Shown: one piece after another, positions 9,265-18,837 of the stretch
How the letters are laid out: each line of letters opens with the position of its first letter
How positions within the stretch are numbered: position 1 is the first letter of the stretch
Assembly (NCBI GenBank): GCA_016298185.1
Contig: JAEDDA010000003.1
Location: forward strand, 1 to 60,106
Source of the DNA: Bacilli bacterium
GTDB lineage: Bacteria; Bacillota_I; Bacilli_A; RFN20; CAG-826
Direction of reading: 5' to 3'
Length of the DNA stretch: 60,106 nucleotides
Program-made: the position numbers and the translations under genes
The notes under the pieces: model-generated
What the model saw: only the letters and a program-made list of their open reading frames with translations
Database searches by the model: none
What the model was told of the DNA's origin: nothing

Positions 9265-10497
9265 ATGTCCAAGAAGTACCAAGAAGAATATGAAGTTGGC
9301 TTTTCGCCACGTTTAGTCATGGAAGAAGCAAGCAGATGTTTGCTATGTCTAGACGCTCCATGTTCATCAAGTTGTCCAGCGGGAACCAATCCTGCTAAAT
9401 TTATTCGTTCCTTACGCTTCAAGAACGTCAAAGGAGCGGCAGAAACAGTCCGTATCAATAATATTTTAGGTGCGATATGCGCAAGAGTATGTCCAACTGA
9501 AAGATATTGTCAGGAAGGTTGTTCTAGAAGTGGTATTGATAAACCAATCGATATTGGTCGTATTCAACGCTACATCACAGATTTTGAAGATGCCTTAAAG
9601 ATGGACATCTTAGAAGTCAAAGAATCTAATGGAAAGAAAGTCGCAGTGGTAGGTTCTGGCCCTGCTGGTTTAACAGTCGCTGCCGAACTCGCTAAAGATG
9701 GTTACCAAGTAACTATTTATGAAAAAGAAGCAAAAGCTGGCGGTTATTTAAGATATGGTATCCCAGAATACCGTTTACCAAACGAAGTGGTTGATAAAGA
9801 AATTAAACGTATTGTCGAACTCGGTGTTGATATTGTTTTAAATACCAAAATTGGTGAAGACGTGAAGATTGAAGACTTAAGAAAAGAAAACGACGCAGTC
9901 ATCTTAGCGGTTGGTTATAGCGAAGGTAAGATGTTACCAATGTTTGAAAATAACCGTAAAGTCATTAAGGCTGTTGATTGGTTAAAGAAATGTAAAGATA
10001 AGAAAGGCAAAATTAAAGTACCTGAAAACGTCTTAGTTGTCGGTGGTGGTGACGTCGCAATGGATGTCGTCACATCACTCAAATTATTAGGATGCCCACA
10101 TGTCACAGATGTTGTTTATGAACAATTCTCAGAATTCAGAGCATCTAAGAAAGAACTTAATAACGCCCAAGAACAAGGTGTCACAATTATCGATGGCTAT
10201 GTCCCAGTGGCAGTGGCTAGAGGTGGCATTGTGAAATTCAAACACAGAGTTATTCCTGCTGAACTCAAAGTTAAAGCGGATCTCATTATCCTCGCTGTTG
10301 GTCAAATGCCAAATGTCGATAACTTATGTGTTAATTTAGAAAAAGGTGAAGTGAACGCAATAGGATGCAGAGTCCCAGATACAAACATGTTCTTTGCGGG
10401 TGACATTGGTCATGGTGAAAAGACCGTTGTTTGGGGTGTGCGTTCTGGCAAAGAAGTCGCCTTCGAAGTAAAAAGATTTTTAGGAGGTAAGAAATAA
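9265..10497 (+). CDS. preT: NAD-dependent dihydropyrimidine dehydrogenase subunit PreT-like (GltD-like Fe-S flavoprotein)
   Basis: 410 aa. N-terminal Cys clusters ([27 protein letters not shown]). Two Rossmann GxGxxG motifs ([23 protein letters not shown]). One-nt overlap (TAATG) with the PreA-like gene. Confidence 0.8.
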   Translation: MSKKYQEEYEVGFSPRLVMEEASRCLLCLDAPCSSSCPAGTNPAKFIRSLRFKNVKGAAETVRINNILGAICARVCPTERYCQEGCSRSGIDKPIDIGRIQRYITDFEDALKMDILEVKESNGKKVAVVGSGPAGLTVAAELAKDGYQVTIYEKEAKAGGYLRYGIPEYRLPNEVVDKEIKRIVELGVDIVLNTKIGEDVKIEDLRKENDAVILAVGYSEGKMLPMFENNRKVIKAVDWLKKCKDKKGKIKVPENVLVVGGGDVAMDVVTSLKLLGCPHVTDVVYEQFSEFRASKKELNNAQEQGVTIIDGYVPVAVARGGIVKFKHRVIPAELKVKADLIILAVGQMPNVDNLCVNLEKGEVNAIGCRVPDTNMFFAGDIGHGEKTVVWGVRSGKEVAFEVKRFLGGKK

Positions 10498-11768
10498 TGG
10501 TTAAAAAAGATTTATCCATTACCTTCATGGGTGTGAAATTCCCTAACCCATTCTGTTTATCATCTTCTCCAGTTGGTAACTGCTATGACATGTGTGCGAA
10601 AGCATATAGAGAAGGTTGGGGAGGTGTTGTCTTTAAGACAATCGGACCAAAGCATTATTTAATCGATGAAGTTTCTCCACGTTTTGATGCTTTAACAAAA
10701 GAAGCCGAACCATTTGTAGGTTTTAAAAACATGGAACAAATCGCGGAACATTCATTAGAAGAAAACCTCGCTGATTTAAGAAGATTAAAGAAAGAATTCC
10801 CAAATAATGTTCTCATTGCTTCTATTATGGGTAGTAATGAAGAAGACTGGGAAGTCTTAGCAAAACTCGTCACCGAAGCCGGTGCGGATATGATTGAACT
10901 TAACTTCTCCTGTCCTCAAATGACATCTCATGCGATGGGTAGTGACGTTGGTAGTAATCCTGAATTATGTAGAAAATACTGCGCAGCGGTGAGAAGAAGT
11001 ACCAAACTTCCATTCATGGCTAAGATGACACCAAATATTACTGATATGTGTGCACCCGCGATCGCCTCTATCGAAGCTGGTGCGGATGGTATCTCCGCAA
11101 TCAACACAATCAAATCAATCATCAATGTTGATTTAGATAAGAAAGTTGGTTTACCAATCATCAATGGTAAATCATCCATCTCCGGATATTCTGGTAAAGC
11201 TGTTAAACCAGTAGCCTTAAGATTCATTCAACAAATGAAAACTCATCCTCAATTAAAGGATGTGGAAATTTCCGGTATTGGTGGTATTGAAACTTGGGAA
11301 GACGCAGCCGAATTCATCTTATTAGGTTGTAAGAACTTACAAGTCACAACCGGAATTATGCAATATGGCTATCGTATCGTTGAAGATATGAAAAATGGCT
11401 TAATGCATTATATGGATGAACAAGGTGTTGACAGATTAGAAGATTTAGTCGGTCTTGCTAATAAGAACATCATTCCAGCGGAAGAACTCGATAGAGACTA
11501 TATCGTCTATCCAGAAATTAATAACGACAAATGTGTCGGATGTGGTAGATGTGTTATTTCCTGCTATGATGGCGCACACCAAGCTATGGAATGGGACAAA
11601 GAAAAACGCCGTCCAAGCTGTAACCATGATAAATGTGTCGGATGCTTATTATGTGGACTTGTTTGTCCAGTAGGAGCAATCAAACCTGGTGAAAGGGTGT
11701 TAAAGAAAGGTCGCAAAGCGAAGAACTTATCGAAGATGGTTCTTCAAGAAAGCGTCGAAAAGCTTTAA
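10497..11768 (+). CDS. preA: dihydropyrimidine dehydrogenase subunit PreA-like (DHODH-like TIM barrel with C-terminal 2x[4Fe-4S] ferredoxin domain)
   Basis: 423 aa. DHOD/DPD-like core ([33 protein letters not shown]). C-terminal [11 protein letters not shown] and [12 protein letters not shown] motifs. Confidence 0.82.
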   Translation: MVKKDLSITFMGVKFPNPFCLSSSPVGNCYDMCAKAYREGWGGVVFKTIGPKHYLIDEVSPRFDALTKEAEPFVGFKNMEQIAEHSLEENLADLRRLKKEFPNNVLIASIMGSNEEDWEVLAKLVTEAGADMIELNFSCPQMTSHAMGSDVGSNPELCRKYCAAVRRSTKLPFMAKMTPNITDMCAPAIASIEAGADGISAINTIKSIINVDLDKKVGLPIINGKSSISGYSGKAVKPVALRFIQQMKTHPQLKDVEISGIGGIETWEDAAEFILLGCKNLQVTTGIMQYGYRIVEDMKNGLMHYMDEQGVDRLEDLVGLANKNIIPAEELDRDYIVYPEINNDKCVGCGRCVISCYDGAHQAMEWDKEKRRPSCNHDKCVGCLLCGLVCPVGAIKPGERVLKKGRKAKNLSKMVLQESVEKL

Positions 11769-11779
11769 TATGTATTAAG

Positions 11780-11805
11780 ACCCCTGCCTGCGGGTGGGGG
11801 TTTTA
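11780..11805 (+). terminator. intrinsic terminator after preA
   Basis: CCCCTGCC (11781-11788) pairs with GGGTGGGG (11793-11800) with two G-U pairs, loop TGCG, then TTTT. Confidence 0.8.
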
Positions 11806-11817
11806 TGTCTCATTAAT

Positions 11818-14220
11818 ATGGATAAGAAATACATTCTTGAACACTTAACTTTATTTGATAAAGCATCTCTTCTTGTGGGCTATGCGAATATGCGCACTAG
11901 GCCGATAGAAGCTTTTGATATTCCTTCACTCGTTATGACCGATGGTCCTAATGGTGTGAGAAAAGAAAACGATGGCAATAACGGAATCGATAGCGCGGTT
12001 AAGACATTACCTGCGACATGTTTTCCTTGTGGAAGTGCTTTAGCCGCAAGTTGGGATAATGAACTATTCTATAAAGTTGGAAAACAAATCGCTTTAGAAT
12101 GCCGTTACTATGGCGTTAATGCTTTATTAGGCCCCGCGATCAATATTAAAAGAAATCCATTATGTGGTAGAAACTTTGAATATTTAAGTGAAGATCCATT
12201 ATTATCTGGATATCTATCCGCGAACTATATTAATGGTGTGCAAGAAGAAAAGGTTTTAGCGTGCGTTAAACACTACGCATGTAATAACTTAGAGAAGTGG
12301 AGATATGTCGGTAATTCCGTCGTTGATTTACGCGCATTAAATGAAATCTATTTAAAACCATTTGAAATCGCGATTAGAGAATCAAACCCAGGCATGGTGA
12401 TGACTTCATATAACCAAATCAATGGTACATTCGCTAGTGAGAATGTTTATCTAATATTAAATAGACTTAGAAATAAATTTAAATATAACGGATTAACCGT
12501 CACCGACTGGGGTGGAATGGTTAATAGAGATACCTCTTTAAATGCTGGACAAGATTTAGAAATGCCAGGAATGATTAAAGAGAATATTAAAAAGATTGTC
12601 GATGGTGTTGATCATAATATGATTCTTCCTTCCACAGTGGATGCTTCTGTAACTAGATTATTAGAAGCGATTGAAAAGACACGCGTGGATGATAAACCAA
12701 ATGAATCAGTCTTTAAAGAAAGTAGAAAAGTTGCTTTAGAAGCAGCGATTAAATCCGCAGTCTTATTGAAGAACAACAACGAATTATTACCTTTAAATAA
12801 GAATAAGAGATATTGCATCATCGGTGATTTATTCACAAATATCACTTTCCAAGGCAATGGTTCCGCATTAGTCAATGCGAATGATTTAGTGGATAACATT
12901 ACCGCGTTTAATAACTATGGTGTGCAATATGATTTCGCAAGAGGCTACTATGCGAATTCACAATTACCAAATTTACTTTTAGAACAAGAAGCACTTAATC
13001 TTGCAAAAGATAGTGATGTCATTCTCTTCTTTGGCGGTCTATCTGATCTCGCGGAATCCGAAGGCTTTGATAGAGAAAACATGTTCCTTGACGCTCCGCA
13101 AATGCACTTGATGGAAAAACTCGTGGAACTCAATAAGAAGATTGTCTTTATCATGTATGGTGGAGCACCATTTGAAATTCCATGTAAAGAAAATATTGAT
13201 GCGATGCTATATATGAACTTACCAGGTCAATATGGTGGTGAAGCATTAGTGAAACTCTTATTTGGTGAAGTTTCTCCAAGTGGCCATTTAGCGTTTTCCT
13301 GGCCAGAGAGATATGAAGATGTTCCTTTTGGCGATAAATACGCAGAAACACCAATTGAGTTATATAAAGAATCAATCTATGTTGGATACCGTTATTATTC
13401 CACAGCGAAGAAATATGTGAACTTCCCATTTGGATATGGTCTTACATACGGCAAATATCACTTTGAAAATCTCAAAGTAAAAGTCAATGAAGAAGATATC
13501 GATATTACCTTTACCGCGGAGAATGATGGTGTGCCTCATGTGGAAGCAGTGGCCCAAATCTATGTCAGCAAACCAGATAGTAAGATTTATAGACCTATAA
13601 AAGAACTCAAAACATACGCGAGAATCGTCCTTAAAAAAGGAGACAAGCAAATAATCAATCTAAAGATTAAACTCGCTGATATGGTTGTTTATGATAGAAA
13701 AACTGGTAATGATGTTTTGGAAGATGGTGAATACATTATTCATTTAAGTGAACACGTTAATAAAGACGTCGAAACTGTGAAGATTAATCTTAAAGGTGAG
13801 AAATTATCTTCTCTTCCTGAGGAAGAAAAATATTTCTATCCAGAAAACTTAACTGAATTAGAAAAATCCGACTTTGAAAAACTCATCGGTTATGAAGTCG
13901 AAGATTATAAGCCAGCGAAGAAACCATATACGATGGAAACACCGATTTGTGAATTCAAATCCTTCTTTGGAAGAATCGCGAAAAACAAGATGTTAGAAGC
14001 TGGCGATAAGATTATCAAAGATGCGAAGAAGATTGAAGATGAAAAAGAAAGACAAAGACAAATCAAAGCAGGTTACTTCGTTAAGAAGATGGTTCTTGTT
14101 AACTGCTTAAGAAGTTTGTCCTTTTCCTCATCGAGCGTACTTCCATATAAGAAAGCTAAAGGAATCTTAGACCTAGCTAATGGTAGAGTCTTTAGAGGAC
14201 TAAACAAATTAATTAGATAA
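11818..14220 (+). CDS. glycoside hydrolase family 3 beta-glucosidase
   Basis: GH3 motifs (MTDGPNGVR, GPAINIKRNPLCGRNFEY.SEDP, KHYACNN, nucleophile region LTVTDWGG). The start is moved to ATG 11818 because the track start (GTG 11794) lies inside the preA terminator hairpin. No obvious SD. Confidence 0.85.
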   Translation: MDKKYILEHLTLFDKASLLVGYANMRTRPIEAFDIPSLVMTDGPNGVRKENDGNNGIDSAVKTLPATCFPCGSALAASWDNELFYKVGKQIALECRYYGVNALLGPAINIKRNPLCGRNFEYLSEDPLLSGYLSANYINGVQEEKVLACVKHYACNNLEKWRYVGNSVVDLRALNEIYLKPFEIAIRESNPGMVMTSYNQINGTFASENVYLILNRLRNKFKYNGLTVTDWGGMVNRDTSLNAGQDLEMPGMIKENIKKIVDGVDHNMILPSTVDASVTRLLEAIEKTRVDDKPNESVFKESRKVALEAAIKSAVLLKNNNELLPLNKNKRYCIIGDLFTNITFQGNGSALVNANDLVDNITAFNNYGVQYDFARGYYANSQLPNLLLEQEALNLAKDSDVILFFGGLSDLAESEGFDRENMFLDAPQMHLMEKLVELNKKIVFIMYGGAPFEIPCKENIDAMLYMNLPGQYGGEALVKLLFGEVSPSGHLAFSWPERYEDVPFGDKYAETPIELYKESIYVGYRYYSTAKKYVNFPFGYGLTYGKYHFENLKVKVNEEDIDITFTAENDGVPHVEAVAQIYVSKPDSKIYRPIKELKTYARIVLKKGDKQIINLKIKLADMVVYDRKTGNDVLEDGEYIIHLSEHVNKDVETVKINLKGEKLSSLPEEEKYFYPENLTELEKSDFEKLIGYEVEDYKPAKKPYTMETPICEFKSFFGRIAKNKMLEAGDKIIKDAKKIEDEKERQRQIKAGYFVKKMVLVNCLRSLSFSSSSVLPYKKAKGILDLANGRVFRGLNKLIR

Positions 14221-14275
14221 AAGAAAGCTTCCAACCATAAGTATCAAGCCCGTTAGGGATAAAAATCCTGAATAA

Positions 14276-14323
14276 AATAGCGTAGTTACAGACAGTTTAA
14301 TTCCTGAATTGGCTATTTTTTTA
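14276..14323 (+). terminator. possible terminator after the GH3 gene
   Basis: AATAGC (14276-14281) pairs with GCTATT (14312-14317) around a long structured loop, followed by a T7 run. Weak. Confidence 0.35.
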
Positions 14324-14411
14324 CATTTTCAAGTAAATTTGCAACAAGTAGAATAGTTCTTTGAGTGACTGCCGATAATGTTAATTCTTTTAATTATTTA
14401 ATGAATAAATT

Positions 14412-14435
14412 TTACGTAAACGGAAAAAATATTCA
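14412..14435 (+). repeat. 24-bp direct repeat, copy 1 (TTACGTAAACGGAAAAAATATTCA)
   Basis: Exact 24/24 match to 14488-14511. Begins with the palindrome TTACGTAA. Confidence 0.95.
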
Positions 14436-14443
14436 GTGATTAG

Positions 14444-14472
14444 TTGAATTATTGCATTAGCGTTCCTATAAT
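14444..14472 (+). promoter_or_regulatory. candidate sigma-70 promoter of the AAA+ ATPase gene
   Basis: TTGAAT (14444-14449), 17-nt spacer, TATAAT (14467-14472). It lies between the two 24-bp repeat copies. Confidence 0.55.
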
Positions 14473-14487
14473 AAAATTGAAAAAATC

Positions 14488-14511
14488 TTACGTAAACGGA
14501 AAAAATATTCA
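14488..14511 (+). repeat. 24-bp direct repeat, copy 2
   Basis: Identical to 14412-14435. Sits in the predicted 5' UTR and abuts the GGAGG RBS (14514-14518). Confidence 0.95.
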
Positions 14512-14524
14512 ACGGAGGTTATTT

Positions 14525-15766
14525 ATGTTAAGAATTAATAGAGAAATCTATCTTAATCAGCTGGTAAATAAACAAAATAATGGACTAGTAAAAATAATTA
14601 CTGGAATGAGAAGATGTGGAAAATCGTTTCTTCTCGATCCTATATTTAAAGAATATTTAATTGGTAAAGGAATAAGTGAAAACCATATCATTAAAATAGA
14701 TTTTGATGAACGAAGGAATACTAAATATCAAGATCCTGATGTTTTAGACGAATATATTAGGAGCTTAATTGTTGATGATGCCCCATATTATTTGTTATTA
14801 GACGAGATTCAAAAAGTAAACGATTTCGAATCGGTATTAAATGGTTTTTTGCATATCAATAATTTAGATATATATGTTACTGGAAGTAATTCTAAATTTT
14901 TATCGTCTGATATCATTACTGAATTTAGAGGGCGTGGTGATGAGATTAGAGTTTTTCCTCTTACTTTTTCAGAATATTATTCTGTATTTGAAGGTGATAA
15001 AGAAGATGCTTGGGAAGAATATATTATTTATGGTGGATTACCAAAAGTAATTTCTTTTAAAAGCGAAAGCGAAAAATCCAAATATCTTAAACAATTATTT
15101 GAAAAAACCTACATATGCGATATTGTCGAAAGAAACAACATTCAAAGAATAGATATTTTAGATTCATTATTAAATATATTGGCTTCATCAATCGGTTCAT
15201 TGACCAATCCAAACAAATTATTAAATGCATTCCGAAGTAATGGGGTTAAAGATTTATCGATAAATACTCTATCTTCTTATTTGAAACATTTGGAAGATTC
15301 ATTCATGATTGAAAAATCCGAAAGATACGATATAAAAGGCAAAAAATATATTCAATCACCTTTTAAATTCTATTTTTCGGATATTGGATTAAGAAATGCT
15401 AGACTAAACTTCAGACAGCAAGAAGAAACTCACATTATGGAAAATATTATTTATAATGAGTTATTAGCTCGTGGTTTTAATGTGGATGTTGGAGTTGTAA
15501 CTATTCGAGAGGGAGATGCAAAAAAACAAACTGAAGTTGATTTTATATGTAATCAGTTTAATAAGAAGTATTACATTCAATCAGCACTTTCTCTTTCAAC
15601 TCATGAAAAAACAATTCAAGAAGAAAGGCCTTTATTAAATATCCATGATAACTTTAAGAAAATAATAATTGTAAAAGGAAACAAAAAGGCGTGGATTACC
15701 GAAGAAGGCATTTTAGTTATCGGAATTTTTGAATTCTTACTTAATAAGAACAGCTTGGATCTATAA
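14525..15766 (+). CDS. AAA+ ATPase of the AAA_14/DUF4143 (COG1373-like) type
   Basis: Walker A GMRRCGKSFLL and Walker B YLLLDEIQ. The C-terminal region contains EVDFI...YYIQS. The start is moved to ATG 14525 (GGAGG RBS 7 nt upstream) because the track start at 14444 is the TTG of the -35 box. Confidence 0.8.
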   Translation: MLRINREIYLNQLVNKQNNGLVKIITGMRRCGKSFLLDPIFKEYLIGKGISENHIIKIDFDERRNTKYQDPDVLDEYIRSLIVDDAPYYLLLDEIQKVNDFESVLNGFLHINNLDIYVTGSNSKFLSSDIITEFRGRGDEIRVFPLTFSEYYSVFEGDKEDAWEEYIIYGGLPKVISFKSESEKSKYLKQLFEKTYICDIVERNNIQRIDILDSLLNILASSIGSLTNPNKLLNAFRSNGVKDLSINTLSSYLKHLEDSFMIEKSERYDIKGKKYIQSPFKFYFSDIGLRNARLNFRQQEETHIMENIIYNELLARGFNVDVGVVTIREGDAKKQTEVDFICNQFNKKYYIQSALSLSTHEKTIQEERPLLNIHDNFKKIIIVKGNKKAWITEEGILVIGIFEFLLNKNSLDL

Positions 15767-15878
15767 TAAAACGCACTGATAAAAATTCTATGTTTGCTAA
15801 AGAATGCAAAGTGAAAAGCAAAGACAATCTATTATTTATAAAAATCCCTAATAGGTTTCATCTAATGGTAGGAGTTTT

Positions 15879-16901
15879 TTAATTACCTAATATTGCGGAG
15901 TCAGATAGCATATCATTACTAGCTTTAGTGAACATTTCGAGTAATTGTTCAATGGTTAGTTTTTCTTTTTCTTTGCCGTTTATATCCGCGATGATATTGC
16001 CTTTGTTCATCATGATTAAGCGGTTGCCATATTTAATCGCATCTTTCATGTTATGGGTAATCATAATTGTGGTTAAATTATTCTTTTTCACTATTTCATC
16101 GGTGATTTCTAGGACTTTTGCAGCGGTCTTTGGATCTAATGCTGCAGTATGTTCATCTAGTAGAAGAACTGGTTTAGTGAGGTCGAACACTCTTACTTTC
16201 TTATCAAATTCATTGAAAGCTTCTTTTAATTGAACTTTCTTTTCTTCTTTAGAAAGTGATGATGATTTGATTTCAGCTTTCTTATTTTTGAATTCTTCTT
16301 TCGCCTCTTTAAAGGCTTTATCAAATTCTTCTTTCGCGATTTTTTTATCACCATCGTAGAAGCGAATATAATCTCTTCTAATCATATGGTGAGATGGCTC
16401 GTTACGAATTGTCGCCATTAAAAGGGTTAAAGCTTGTCTTTGACCACCAGACAATAGTCCAACCTTTTCATTAAGTCTATTTTCTAAACCTAAATCTAAT
16501 GTCTTTAATTGTTCGATGAAGAATTCTTTATCTTTAGAATGGCAGCTCCATCTAAATAATGATCTTCTCATCCCTCTTCTAAAAGCGAGTGATAAGTTTT
16601 CTAAGACAGTCATATCGCCTGCGGTTCCCATCATCGGGTCTTGGAACACTCTTCCAAAATAAGGGGCTCTTTTAAATTCTGGTAAACGGGAGACATCGTT
16701 ATTATTTAAAAGAATCAATCCCTCATCCGCTTCATAGGAACCAGATACGATATTGAGTAGCGTTGATTTACCTGCGCCATTACCACCGATAACAGTAATA
16801 AAGTCACCGGATTCTAATTTGAGATGCAAATTATTAATCGCGACTGTTTCGCTGCTAGTGCCAGGGTTAAATACTTTGCGAATGCCTTTTAGTTCGATCA
16901 T
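15879..16901 (-). CDS. ABC transporter ATP-binding protein with a charged insert between the signature motif and Walker B
   Basis: Walker A GGNGAGKST, signature LSGGQRQ, Walker B LLLDEHTAALD, H-loop ITHN. About 76 aa of Lys/Glu-rich sequence separates LSGGQ from Walker B. ATGA overlap with the permease gene. Confidence 0.9.
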   Translation of the reverse strand: MIELKGIRKVFNPGTSSETVAINNLHLKLESGDFITVIGGNGAGKSTLLNIVSGSYEADEGLILLNNNDVSRLPEFKRAPYFGRVFQDPMMGTAGDMTVLENLSLAFRRGMRRSLFRWSCHSKDKEFFIEQLKTLDLGLENRLNEKVGLLSGGQRQALTLLMATIRNEPSHHMIRRDYIRFYDGDKKIAKEEFDKAFKEAKEEFKNKKAEIKSSSLSKEEKKVQLKEAFNEFDKKVRVFDLTKPVLLLDEHTAALDPKTAAKVLEITDEIVKKNNLTTIMITHNMKDAIKYGNRLIMMNKGNIIADINGKEKEKLTIEQLLEMFTKASNDMLSDSAILGN

Positions 16902-17824
16902 AAGTTATTTTCCTCCTTTAGCAGTTCTTTATTCTTTTTCCATTTTTTAATTCTAGGAACAATAGTTTTTCTTAAATGTGGGATACCTAAGAATAAGGCA
17001 ACGATTACTGCGGCGAGCATCTTTAATAAGTCAGTATCTAAACCAATAAAGACAACGGTTTGATAAACGATATAGTAAATAATGGAGCCCACTCCTACTG
17101 AGAGTAATCTCACTAAGAAGTTTGGCGATACTTTAGAGAATATTGCCGTGCCGATAACGACTGCGCATAAGCCAATAACAATCGCGCCTCTTCCCATATT
17201 GATATCTGCGAATCCTTGATATTGAGACAATAAAGCACCTGATAAGGCTACTAAACCGTTAGAAATCATAAGACCTAAAACGATATTGAATTTAGTGTTA
17301 ATACCTTGTGCCTTACTCATCTTAGGATTATTACCTGTCGCTCTAATGGATGCACCGAGTTCTGTACCAAAGAACAAATATAATAATCCGGCAACTGCGA
17401 TAAGGATTAAGAATAATATCCATAAACTGTTATAGATATTTAATTGCGACACTAATACGGGTGTCGCTCTAGCGTTAATTGCGATATTAGCTTTGCTACC
17501 CGCGATTTTTAAATTAATAGACCATAAGGCTAATTGGGTTAAGATACCTGCTAGGATAGGTGGTATACCTAAACATGTGTAGAGAAGACCTGTCACAAGT
17601 CCACACAATAAACCAGCGAGGAATCCTAATAATAAACCGAGTGCGAAATGTCCTCCATGAGCCATAACTACCACACAGACAATGCCACCTGTAGCAAAGC
17701 TGCCATCGACAGTTAAGTCAGCGATATTTAATACTTTAAAAGTAATAAATACACCGATAGCCATGATCGACCATATAAGCGCTAGACATAGCGCACCAGG
17801 TATTGAAGATAAATATTCAAGCAT
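16898..17824 (-). CDS. ABC transporter permease, partner of the PF04392-type binding protein
   Basis: 308-aa polytopic membrane protein located between the binding-protein and ATPase genes, tightly coupled to both. Confidence 0.85.
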   Translation of the reverse strand: MLEYLSSIPGALCLALIWSIMAIGVFITFKVLNIADLTVDGSFATGGIVCVVVMAHGGHFALGLLLGFLAGLLCGLVTGLLYTCLGIPPILAGILTQLALWSINLKIAGSKANIAINARATPVLVSQLNIYNSLWILFLILIAVAGLLYLFFGTELGASIRATGNNPKMSKAQGINTKFNIVLGLMISNGLVALSGALLSQYQGFADINMGRGAIVIGLCAVVIGTAIFSKVSPNFLVRLLSVGVGSIIYYIVYQTVVFIGLDTDLLKMLAAVIVALFLGIPHLRKTIVPRIKKWKKNKELLKEENNL

Positions 17825-17825
17825 A

Positions 17826-18776
17826 TTATTCGATTGGGGTGAATCCTTCAGGAACTGTGATGCCTAGTGTTTCACAAATCGTAGGATTATATTTCTTAAC
17901 AGGATTTTCATCATAAGCAATTGGCATTTTAGAAATATCTTTCTTATCTTTTAAAATCTCAACCGCCATTTGACCGGTTTTTAAACCTAAGTTGTAGTAA
18001 CTAATTGATAACGTGAATGCGCCACAACCTCTGCACATACCTTCTTCACCAGTGACTACTGGAACGTTATGTGAGGAACAAACGGAATTAATAACAGAGG
18101 TGCATGAAGCAGCAGCATTATCTGTTGGAATATATAAGACATCAATATTATTGATATTGCCATTTAAGACCGCACTAATATCATTACTATCTGAGAATGA
18201 CATTCTTGTTGTGGTTAAACCTTTTGCTTGTAATTCGCTTTCCACAACTTGAACTTGGTATAAAGAGTTAGCTTCTGCAGAACAGTATAATAAACCAACT
18301 TTTGTGGCACTTGGGAATACATCAACAATCATTTGTGCTTGTTCATCAAGTGGCGCTAAATCACTTGTTCCAGAAACATTGCCACCGACTGTACCATCAA
18401 AGTCTTCAATACCTAAGGCAACACCGTATTCAGTAATGGATGTACCCAAGATAGGAATTGTGGTTGTGCTATTGTAAGCCGCTTGTAGAGCTGGGGTAGC
18501 ATTAGCCATAATAAGATCAACTTTCTTACTGACAAATGAATTAGCAATAGTGGTACATGTTGCGGAATCACCGGATGCGTTCTGTAAATCAAATTTTACA
18601 TTTTCCGCGCCTAAACCTTCCTTAACAGCGTCCATAAATCCTTTTGTGGCTGCGTCTAAGGCATCATGAGTGATTAATTGGCAAATACCAATCGTGGTTT
18701 TCTTCTTTGTTAAATTGCAACCTGTAATCGCCATTGCAATTAAAGGGAAGATGAGTAGTAGTTTAGTCTTTTTCAT
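17826..18776 (-). CDS. ABC transporter substrate-binding lipoprotein (ABC_sub_bind/PF04392-like)
   Basis: Lipobox AITGC. IGICQLITHDALDAATKGF...FDLQNASGDS.....IANSFVSKKVDLIMANATPALQAA fits the family pattern. AAGGAG RBS. Confidence 0.82.
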   Translation of the reverse strand: MKKTKLLLIFPLIAMAITGCNLTKKKTTIGICQLITHDALDAATKGFMDAVKEGLGAENVKFDLQNASGDSATCTTIANSFVSKKVDLIMANATPALQAAYNSTTTIPILGTSITEYGVALGIEDFDGTVGGNVSGTSDLAPLDEQAQMIVDVFPSATKVGLLYCSAEANSLYQVQVVESELQAKGLTTTRMSFSDSNDISAVLNGNINNIDVLYIPTDNAAASCTSVINSVCSSHNVPVVTGEEGMCRGCGAFTLSISYYNLGLKTGQMAVEILKDKKDISKMPIAYDENPVKKYNPTICETLGITVPEGFTPIE

Positions 18777-18800
18777 AAATTTGTCTCCTTTTCTAAACTA

Positions 18801-18837
18801 ATAAAATAAAAAGTTTGATGTTGTTAGCACCAAACTT
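18801..18837 (-). promoter_or_regulatory. intrinsic terminator inside the 5' leader of the ABC operon (candidate attenuator)
   Basis: Minus strand reads AAGTTTG-gtgctaacaacat-CAAACTT followed by TTTATTTTAT. It ends about 25 nt upstream of the start codon. Confidence 0.6.

Noticed and set aside
11794-11817. GTG start of the GH3 ORF as given in the track.
   Set aside because: It lies inside the stem of the preA terminator hairpin. The first ATG (11818) gives a sensible MDKKYILEH N-terminus.
12612-13650. Several 68-95-aa minus-strand ORFs inside the GH3 gene.
   Set aside because: They are antisense to a gene with clear GH3 motifs and have no start signals.
14444-14524. N-terminal extension of the AAA+ ATPase (track start 14444).
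   Set aside because: The 'start' is the TTG of the -35 hexamer. A GGAGG RBS precedes ATG 14525, and the resulting N-terminus matches the family pattern (M..I.R..YL..L....).
15928-16950. Plus-strand ORFs 15928..16233 and 16753..16950 opposite the ABC ATPase.
   Set aside because: They are antisense artefacts. The minus-strand frame carries all the ABC motifs.
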